In this document: piece by piece, positions 54,391-64,000 of the stretch | Position numbering within the stretch: position 1 is the first letter of the stretch | How the letters are laid out: every line of letters starts with the position of its first letter | Source of the DNA: Octopus sinensis | Taxonomy: Eukaryota | Direction: 5' to 3' | Length of the DNA: 64,000 nucleotides | Assembly (NCBI RefSeq): GCF_006345805.1 | Contig: NC_042997.1 | Coordinates: 126,852,001 to 126,916,000, forward strand | Made by a program: the position numbers and the translations under genes | The notes under the pieces: model-generated | The model's input: only the letters and a program-made list of their open reading frames with translations | What the model was told of the DNA's origin: nothing | Databases searched by the model: none

Positions 54391-55471
54391 ATTATTACAT
54401 GAATAGGAATAAGACAGTTTTCCTCTCTCACAAATCAGATCTTTACTGGGCCAAGTATTTTTTTATTAATTATTTGTTGTGGCTAATTAATCGCCACGGC
54501 TGTTGGATTTGCCTTCAGTTTATGATATCTTGAAAGACGCTATCAAGTTGACATGAAGGAAATAGTGCGAAAAGGAACCGCAAAGGGATTACATTGGATA
54601 TTAAGCTTGATGCTTTCAAAAGAATTGATGCATAGGCAAAACTAAGTTGCATTCCCAAAACATTAATCTTGCCACATCTGAAGTGGAAACAATACGTGAC
54701 AATAGAGAGAAAATTATCTCAAGTGTTCAAGAAGCTTCTTCGTTGACTGTCCGGACTTTGTTTTACCATAGATCTAATATAATGCTTAAAATGGAACGAC
54801 ACTTGGGTGTATGGAACGAGGCTCGGAATCGGCGTAATGTGACGATAGACATGATGGTAATTCAAAAAAGAAAGAACCAAAGGTTTATAGAAAAAGATTT
54901 GCATAAAAAATAAAGTGAAACTTCTAATGAAAAATCCTTTTTGACTAATATAGCCTGGTTTAAAAGGTTTAAAGCGCATAAATTTGCACAACCTGAAAAT
55001 GTTGATGAAACCGCACTCAGCTGGAAGCGTATGCGCGCTAAAAGAAAATATCAGCACCATAATTTAAAGCTTCTAAAAATCGGCTGACACTTCTGTGTGT
55101 GTGTGTGGAGGGGGGGCGGAATGGCGCTGGTTATATGAAATTAAAAACCCTACAGATGCATCACTCTGAAAGTTCAAGGGCTTTTAAATGTTACATGAAA
55201 TTTAGTCTACCTCCGATTTGGTGTTCAAATAAAAAGAAATAGATGAAAAACCTTTTCAAAGATTGGCTTACAAACGTTTTTGTTCTGTCAGCCAGTCTTT
55301 GAAAAGGTTTTTCATCTATTTCTTTTTTTTGAACGCCAAATCGGAGGTAGACTAAACTTCATGTAACTAAATTTCGTGTATTTCTCCCAAATCAGTGCTT
55401 TTTTAGACAATGCTCCGAGGCCACCCAGCGAACTTAGATGACAAGAATACAACTTCTTTGCTCCAGCCAAT

Positions 55472-56419
55472 CATCATCATCATCATTGTTCGACCGTGGT
55501 CGAGACAATGGAATTTACTATGTTACGCCAGACTTCACGGTCCGTCATAGCATTACGGAGGTCCTGTTGCTGGATGCCTGTATCCCTGGAGATTACATCA
55601 GGGTAGGAGAGTGTGCGCCCTCTGGTGTTGCGAGTAGATGGCTTCCAGAGGAGAAGAGTAGAAATTACTTCTTTTTCAGCTCTACAACAATGTCCAGCAA
55701 ACTGGACTCTCCTACCTTTCACAAGAGATGACGCAGGTGGCAATTTCCCATATATTTGCATTTTGGTTGGATGGCGCCTCCACGAGAGATTTTGAGCTCT
55801 CATAAGGAGGCGAGTGTAGGTTCCATCCAACCGCCTCTCAAGCTTCTTTGATAACGTCCAGGTTTCTGAGCCATATAGTAGAATTGGTTCGACTGTGGCT
55901 TTGAATATTTCAAGTTTGAAGTCTTTACTTAGATTTGATGACCAGATCTTATGCATGTCATTACAGGCTGACCAGGCCATACCCTTTCTAGTTAGAAAGT
56001 CTTTTCCAGATGATGATATGTATGACCCAAGATATTTATAATCAGAAACCATATTTAAAGGCGCACTGTTGAGAGTGTGGATGATGCAATCACTGTTGGA
56101 CAGGCACTTGTTTATGTATTCAGTTTTGGCCTCATTGAGGTAAAGACCTACACAATTTGAGGCTTGTTCAAGAGATTGTAAAAGAGACTGGGCATTGGAG
56201 AGAGAATCACTGATAAGAGCGATGTCGTCAGCAAAGTCAGTGTCTGTCAAGTACTCAGCTGGGTGTCTGGAACTTCTTCTTGGTTTTATTTCAAAGCCCT
56301 TGCCAGAGATGGTATCAACTGACATACGTAGCACATAATCAACAACAATGATGAAAAGAAATGGGGCGAGTGTGTCTCCCTGCAGTATTCCGGCTTCGAT
56401 TGAGAAAGATGATGTTTCT
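55472..56419 (-). mobile_element. 5'-truncated RTE-clade LINE, stop-free RT C-terminal half with (TGA)n tail
   Basis: ORF 55483-56451: GILQGDTLAPFLF, DFADDIAL, YKYLGS, LLYGSETW, QFAGHC; ccaat at both junctions. Confidence 0.92.
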
Positions 56420-57378
56420 CCAATAGGTAAAGATGTGATTGCTAACTTCAAGATATATTATATGAGAAGAACTTACAAACAACTTATGAAGGCAATTCAC
56501 TTGGAGGATAAATCTACAGTTGGAAATTTCTGGAAGAAATTCAACATAATGCATACTGTGGATAATATAGCTTCATGAGATGAAGTGAAACCTTCACCTT
56601 TGAATAGGACTTGGAGAAGTATACGACCAAACTATATCCGTGACACTACAAGTTTTTCTCAAACAGTAAGTCTACAACAAATTCGGACAGATATATTGTG
56701 ACTCTTGCAAAGGGTGTAAGATTTGAGGATGTTATAGAGGATTATGCGACTGAGTTGCTAATGTCTCAGAAAGGAATTTTATTTAATCAGGAACCAATGT
56801 TTTAGTAATTGAACATACTTCAATTGGCTACAGAAATTTTTGTTAAACGATTGAAACTTAGAGAGGAAGGTTTGCAGGTTTTTGCTGATAATGATACTCA
56901 TCGAGAACGTAGCATGAAAATTACAAGAGGAGTTTACAATGAGCCCTGTTTCTATACCGAACTGTACAAAGAAACGATGTGTCATAAACAGCACAACTTT
57001 GAAGAAGCTCCTCGACCCTCAAGCTGATTTCGTGATATTAAACTATAAGATAGTCAATATTGTCTTTTGTCCTCCTAGTAACGCTCGTTCCACCACCGCC
57101 TCTCATACAGTTGTCAACATCTTTTGTGGTAAGAACGTACTCCTTCGATATTAAGATTCTTATTCATTCCCCAAAGTATTCCTCTTGAACTGTTTTCGTG
57201 TTTTTATGTATCTACACCGTACCGTGTATGTTTAAAAGTTGTTGTTTTCATGTGCAAAGGCGATCATGTTGCTTGTTCTGTGTTGTTGAATTTTCCGTTC
57301 TTCTTTCTATTTTATTTTTGTTCTCCAAAAACGTCCGTAGGAATGCAATCTCACTTGGCAATATGAAAATCAATAAAG

Positions 57379-57775
57379 GGCGGCGAGCTGGCAGAATCGT
57401 TAGCACACCAGGAAAAATGCTTAGCAGTATTTCGTCTGCCGTTACGTTCTGAGTTCAAATTCCGCCGAGGTCGACTTTGCCTTTCATCCTTTCGGGGTCG
57501 ATAAATTAAGTACCAGTTACGCACTGGGGTCGATATAATCGACTTAATCCGTTTGTCTGTCCTTGTTTGTCCTCTCTGTGCTTAGCCCCTTGTGGATAGT
57601 AAAGAAATAGGTATTTCGTCAACCGTTACGTTCTGAGATCAAATTCCGCTGTAGTTGACTTTGCCTTTCATCCTTTCGGTGTCGATTAAATAAGTACCAG
57701 TTACGCACTGGGGTCGACGTAATCGACTTAGTCGCTTTGTTCTTGTTTGTCCTCTCTATGTTTATAAAGAAATAA
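57379..57775 (+). mobile_element. SINE family M partial dimer
   Basis: Two cores; aatatgaaaat on both flanks. Confidence 0.9.
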
Positions 57776-58198
57776 ATATGAAAATAAAAATTAAAAAAAA
57801 CAACTTTCCATTATGGAATTTCTCTTTATGGTTAGATTTTCAGGAACGCATTACTTCCGTAAAGCGGAGGATTACTGTAATACCGTTCATCCGGGAGAAT
57901 GCAGTTACTCGCGGCACCGTAGAGCGAAGTGATGACCACGAAGTCGACTTCTTAACCAGATATCTATGTCTGTGCCCACGAATAATGTGTCAACCGTTTT
58001 AGCTGGTCAATGATGACTATAACATATACTGACTGTATAACATCTACAACGTATAATAATATAGAGCATTTAATAATATACGAAAGCAGATTTGTTAAAA
58101 GATTTATAATCCAACTGTTATCGAAATACTCGTAACCTAAGAATAAATGTGATTCTAATATTACCATTCATGTACTGGTCAGACTAAACATATATATT

Positions 58199-58230
<32 letters not shown>

Positions 58231-58255
58231 TGTGTGGAGAGAGAGAGAGGAGAGA

Positions 58256-58290
58256 ATATGACGTTTCGAGCATGGCTATTCGTCAGATAT
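58256..58290 (-). ncRNA. Minimal hammerhead ribozyme motif
   Basis: atat-CTGACGA-a-tagc cat gctc-GAAA-cg-TC-atat; intact core, GUC triplet, one stem II mismatch. Confidence 0.65.
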
Positions 58291-59072
58291 AGGAAGCTAC
58301 CAAGCACAAAAGTCAAACGTTAATCTCAGAGCAGCCTCACTTGTATAAATATTTAAAACTTAAATTTTAAAGACAAGGCTTTCTTTCCAGGACGAGAAAA
58401 TTATCCAGTTCTTATTGATTACTGACACTCTTAAAAATTCTAGATAATATAATGATATACTAATATAATACTCATTCATTTATATCATATAAGCTCACTC
58501 GTAAAGGAATGCGCCATTAACATGCATGCACAAGAAATTTTTAATGACACCCAAAGGCATTCTATTAGATTGGCATAGGTTCATTGATTCATTCATTTGC
58601 ACGAAGAAGCCGTTATTAGCCAATAAATGTGCTGTTCCCTTTTCCCACAACGGCAATTAGCGTCATACAATATCCCCACTGGAGTCGGTGTTAAGAGGTG
58701 TAACATTTTTTCCTGGTCCAACATGTTTGTTATTTCAAGTGGTGTTCTAAAAAGTGTATTTATCCCTTGGCGTTTCACTGTCCAATATCGAACCTCTCTT
58801 TTTTGCACTCTCTTGTCATATATATATATCGTTCTCCCAGAGTCGTGCACTAAACACTTCTAGCATTTCGTCTTACCAGAACTTCCACCCTCAATAATTT
58901 CCTTCCTGCTCATGGATTATCTATAGATATCAACCAAGAAAAGTTAAAGACGAGCCTCATGCCTGGAGCAATACCTATCACTCTATATCTTTCAATAAAT
59001 ACACCAAACATGCGCACACGAACATACAATACATACGCGCACGTACACATATTAGTACTATTAGGCTGTGTG

Positions 59073-60129
59073 GATGCGCCGACGTGGCTGTGTGGTAAGT
59101 AGCTTGTTTACCAACCACATGGTTCCGGGTTCAGCTCCACTGCGTGGCACATTGGAGAAGTGTCTTCTATTATAGCCTCGGGCCGACTAAAGCCTCGTCA
59201 GTGGATTTGGTAGACGGAAACTGAAAGGAGCCCATCGCATATATATATATACAGTATGTTTCAAAAAATTTGATATCATTTCATAATCTAATAACTTTGC
59301 CAGTTCTGGTTCAAATGAGTTCAAATTTTAACAGCATGTGTAGAAACAGGTCAAAATTATATGTTTAATGTTTGATATGTTTATCTTTTCAGGTACAGAA
59401 ATGGAGGAACAAAAGCGTTTTGTGTGATGGTGTATGATCGAATGCAGTCGAACAAGATTATGCAGTGTGCATAAGAGAGTTCTCTAAAAAGTCCCCAATG
59501 GCAATGCAAATATGGACATGGCACAAAAATTTAAAACAGGAAGGCTGTCTGTGCAGGGCAAGAGGATCTGGACGACCACTAACATCGGAAGAGACTGTCG
59601 AGCGGGTTCGCCAGAAACTCATGCGTAGCCCCAAGAAGTCCGTAAGAGGAACAAGTCTGGAAACCCAGATTCCTCCTACGACAGTTTGGCACGTCCTAAA
59701 GAATCGCTTGCAAATGAAGTCCTACAAGCTGCAGCTCGTTCAGGCCATAAAGGCAGATGATAAGCGAAAGCGTGAACATGGGGCTATGTGAAAGACTTGG
59801 TCTATGTCTTTCCTCTTCCTGCAAACTTGGAAGAACTCGAGCAGAGAATCACTACCGCAATGGAGACTGTTACCCAAGACATGCTGCAGCGTGTGCCGAC
59901 TTGACGTGTGCCGTGTCTCAAGGTGTGCACATGTTGAACATTTGTGAAATCGTTCATGGAATCCACATACCTTTGAATCTCTCATTCAAATTTGGAGGAA
60001 TAAATCTTATGTTACTCAACAGTAAGCTTGTTTAGTTTCATTTGCTTTGACTATGTAGTTTCTGTGATATTTACATCTCAAATGATATCAAATTTTGAGA
60101 TGTATACACACACACACACACACACACAC

Positions 60130-60216
<87 letters not shown>

Positions 60217-60405
60217 TATATATGTGAGTGTTTGTCCCCCCACCATCGCTTGACAACCAATTTTGGTTCGGCAAAAGAGACCAATAGAATAAGTACTAGG
60301 CTTATAAAGAATAAGTCCTTGAGTCGATTTGTTCGACTAAAGTCGGTGCTCCAGCATGGCCGCAGTCAAATGACTGAAACAAATAAAAGAATAAATGAAT
60401 AAGAA
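59073..60405 (+). mobile_element. SINE family C split at its internal (TA)n by a DNA transposon
   Basis: 5' half 59073-59250, 3' half about 60225-60405. Confidence 0.85.
59252..60105 (+). mobile_element. Internally deleted Tc1/mariner (rosa-like) element
   Basis: TIR core aaatttgatatcattt inverted at both ends; GSGRPLTSEETVERVR..RSPKKSVR joined directly to WGYVKDLVY..LEELEQRI. Confidence 0.85.
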
Positions 60406-60915
60406 TAGGTACACCGAGTGTAACATTAAAATGCTGGTCATGTGACCACATGGGTTAAACACAAATATGGCTGCATCTATCGTGTTGCATCCCCGAGTGA
60501 TACGTTTGACTCTAATCGTTCTGCTTAACCAGCTGGACAAAAACAAAATCAATTTCCGTTTCCCACTTTCGCAACTTCCGGTTCCGTCTCTAAATTCATG
60601 ATATCCCGGATATGTAAGAAGCTAAACAGAAAGAAAAGTTAAAGAACACCGTAATGACGATGAAGAAGACATAATATTCCGTCATTAGAAATAATAATTA
60701 GATAAAATAGATTAGAAACGTAATTAATCTCTGACCTTCTGCAGTATTCTGTTTTCTTTTAGTATTTCTTCAAAATCAGACGGCATCATTTCTAAGGATT
60801 TCTGGAAATAAAAACGTAAATGAAACTTACTAAAATAATTAAATGTTAAATGAAACGGAATTAATCGTTTCTTGGTTTTTGTTCGGCTGAAAATTCTTCA
60901 TTCCTTCTCTGTCTT

Positions 60916-60952
<37 letters not shown>

Positions 60953-61830
60953 CTTTGGCCAATCTCCAGCCGAATTTATATAGTCACAGAGCGGATGCAG
61001 GAAGCTGGTATGACTAGCTACCGCAGAATTAACATCTCATCTCTTCATCTCTTTCTTACTACCACGACCACGACCACGACCACGACTACGACGACGACGA
61101 CGACCACCACCACCACCACCACTGCTACTTGCCACCATTACCGCCATCAGCACCAACGCTAAAACCTCACTATCTCTATTACAAGAACTACACTGTTATC
61201 ATCAACACCATCGCACTACTACCACCACCATCACCACCACCACCTGCTGCTGCTGCTGTTTGCTTGTTTGCTCCTCGTCATTGGCCATTGTTGCCTTAGC
61301 AGCCGAGAGCAATGTAAGTGGTAGCGTCCTCTCATCGGTTTACGTGATCTTTCGCAAGTCGATTCCTCCCAGTAAAGACGGTCAGGTGTCTACTCCTACT
61401 GTTCTTCCTTTCTGAGATATGTCCGTTCAAATATTACAACTATCCCTTGCGAGGGAGTGAGAATGAGTAGCTAATACGTACCGTACTTTCATAAAGTGTT
61501 TTAGTTACCTATACAATTGCAGGAAAATATAGACACCCTCTTCCCCCCACCCCATCCTAGGTTCAAGGGAATATCCAGAATGTGACTGCTAGAAGGAGAT
61601 AGATAGATTGATAGAAAGAGAGGGGGAGATAGAGGATAAGAAAGAGAGATGGGAGAAGGAGAGGAAGAGTGAGGGCGATAGAGAAAGAGAGTGAGAGATA
61701 GATAGAAAGAGAGACCCCGTCCAATTAATTAATTAATTAATTAATTAATATAAATTAAGAAGCGACTGAAACAACTATTTGTCATTACTACCGAACAACG
61801 GAAAAAACAGAGAAACGAGATATGCAACAT

Positions 61831-61874
<44 letters not shown>

Positions 61875-61882
61875 TTGAGTGC

Positions 61883-61950
<68 letters not shown>

Positions 61951-61964
61951 TATATATGTTGATT

Positions 61965-62160
61965 CGCTAGCTTCTGCACGCATTTTTCTCTCGTTTCTCT
62001 CCGTGTTTCTTTTCTGTGTATCTTTCTGTTGAAGAGCGTAGGCTCGAAACGTAAAAGACTTGTTTTATTTATATTCCTGAGCGCCATACTAATACAATTG
62101 TTTGTTTGTATTCCACCTGCCTTCGTCTTTTGTTTATTTTCATAAAGCTTCCCGTTATAT
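61965..62160 (+). mobile_element. Family H2 Penelope-like terminus between TA-rich tracts
   Basis: Homologous to 12167-12345 in the opposite orientation. Confidence 0.75.
62021..62058 (+). ncRNA. Hammerhead-like motif with variant core CTGTTGA
   Basis: tcttt-CTGTTGA-a-gagc gtag gctc-GAAA-cg-TA-aaaga; perfect stems I and II. Confidence 0.6.
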
Positions 62161-62639
62161 ATATACATACATATATGCATACATACATTCAAACATACAT
62201 ATGTGTATGTATACGCATACGCATGTGCGCACGCGTACACATGTATTATCAGGTTTGATCTGACTAATCTTCTCACACGGTTACATATATCAAGTACGGA
62301 ATTTTATTGCTGTCACAAAACACCATCATAAGAGTTTGCTATGCATTCACTATCTCGTTTTAAGATAGTACAAATAACAAAGCAGCGCGCATTAACCTGA
62401 CAAATAAGTTAACTGCACCGTTTTTGTTTTCACAACATCTTCAGCTCTACACCCTTAGTTACCACAAAACACAATTTCTTTAGAATCACTTACAAATTAT
62501 TCTCACCGCAACAGACTCGCACAGAAACGAAGAAATGAAAACATTTTCAAAAACTTTAAAGGAATGAAGAACAACGAAATGAGACCTAGCAACAAAAGGA
62601 GTCAAAGTTTTAGATATTCAACAGTACCACAATCACACA

Positions 62640-62883
62640 CTTCCTGCGCGCATGACGCTTCGTCAACGAAGAAGAGGTGAAGAGGAGATTCAGTGAAGGA
62701 GTTCCTCGCCTCGATGGATATGAACCTGTATCAGTTCAGGATCAAAGAGCTGGCAGGAAGGTGGCTTCAGACGGTGGAACACGAAGGCATCTACTTTGAA
62801 TGCTAGGTTGCTTTTGTTGTAAACTTGACGAATGAAGCAAATAAGTTACTAAAATATTGTAAAACTTTTGACTCAACACAATA
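62640..62883 (+). mobile_element. Mariner 3' fragment with right TIR
   Basis: RRFVNEEEVK...IKELAGRWLQTVEHEGIYFE followed by aaacttttgactcaacacaa-ta. Confidence 0.7.
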
Positions 62884-64000
62884 AATTTATAAAATAAAAG
62901 AGAAATTACTGATAGCAAATAAATAAAGACACAAAAGAGCAGAAAATGTGTTAACATTTGTATTCAACATAAAACACCAAAATATCAGTATATCACTATA
63001 CAGAGAGCTATGAGCTATAACAGTGAGGAATAACAACAGCAGCAACAACAGCAGCAGCAGCCGCAACAACAAAAATAGGTGATACCACACTCAGTGTCAT
63101 AGTAACAACCGTAAATTCTATATTCACATTGCGATACCAACGAAACACTCTTATCAGAAATTTATCGAAAAAATGTCCACAAAATAAATAAATAAAATAA
63201 AAATATAACAAAATAAAAAAAAAACACAAATAAGACCGGAATGTAAAAACGAAAATATATGACTTCTACCCATGATTTTTACTCCTCTTTGCATCAGTTA
63301 CCTGTACCTAAATAGCTATGGAGAATTCTAGACCCTGAAAAGCCTTAGGGCAGGACATATATACATAACAACAGTAAATTCATGTGCCATCACTGTTAAA
63401 TTCCCAGAAAGTGGGCGCTGGACAAAATCATAAGAATTCTAAAGTTACAGGAAAATTCAAGTGAAGGAGTTTCACATGGCACATGGAACTATTATCTTTG
63501 ATATGACACGCCCCTAGAGTCTGCACGCCAAACATGGAATTCAGGTTACTACAGTAACATTCAAACTGCTGAAAAACCTAACAAAGAAACATTTTTAAAT
63601 GGCTTCAAGAACAACAACGACAGCAAAAATGGCCTACACGTAAACTCTAACTGCTAGTGATCAGGGCCACCTTAGTAGGATTAAAGATCCCCGGGAAAAT
63701 CAATGCACTGAGCCCTGTGATATTTATTTATTGACAGCAATTCACAACTTACATGTATCAAAATTAGACCTGTAAACCTGTGGGTTCCCCGGGTAACTGC
63801 TCAGTGTGCCATGCCTTAAAACGTTACTGGCATTGACATCAACAAATGTTTCGATTCCATAAAGCCGCTATCTAGTCTTACTATAAAGTACTCAACACCA
63901 TCGTAAGTAACTACACAAAACGCTGGTTAGGAAACTACTTGTCTGGCCAGCATACCTATTTACGGTATTAGAACAACACTCCCAGAATGTACAATATCTC

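Larger units (their letters stand above)
54550..57879 (+). mobile_element. Tigger/pogo transposon fossil split by an RTE and a SINE
   Basis: KRNRKGITLDIKLD (CENP-B-type HTH), AWFKRFK, KASKNRLTLL, FLDNAP, NTTSLLQP|IGKDVIANFKIYY; TIR-like right end ggattactg-ta near 57877. Confidence 0.8.

Noticed and set aside
55483-56451. Retron or other prokaryotic-type RT system
   Set aside because: Motifs, (TGA)n tail and 5' truncation identify an ordinary RTE-clade LINE fragment
63240-64000. Possible LINE ORF1 or zinc-knuckle remnant (NCSVCHA)
   Set aside because: Motif incomplete and no supporting frame

Overview
AT-rich, repeat-saturated eukaryotic DNA with no recognisable host protein-coding gene. 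The SINE families and the (TA)n/(AAT)n/(TAC)n microsatellite load suggest a cephalopod, probably Octopus (inference). Most ORF-track entries are translated microsatellites. The real coding remnants are all from transposable elements: several R4/Dong-type (restriction-like endonuclease) LINE fossils, one stop-free 5'-truncated RTE reverse transcriptase fragment inserted in a Tigger/pogo fossil, and several Tc1/mariner fossils. Three tRNA-headed SINE families make up about 25 copies. The most notable signal is about ten minimal hammerhead-ribozyme-like motifs (CTGANGA - stem II - GAAA - palindromic stem III - UH, closed by stem I) from at least six unrelated repeat families. Many lie in fold-back inverted-repeat elements with a one-sided tail, embedded in (TA)n tracts, which fits Penelope-like element termini. 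One such element (19268-19745) has a 14-bp target-site duplication and tRNA-like A/B boxes, and may be a Pol III-driven, ribozyme-bearing non-autonomous retroelement. All calls were made by eye and coordinates may be off by a few bases.
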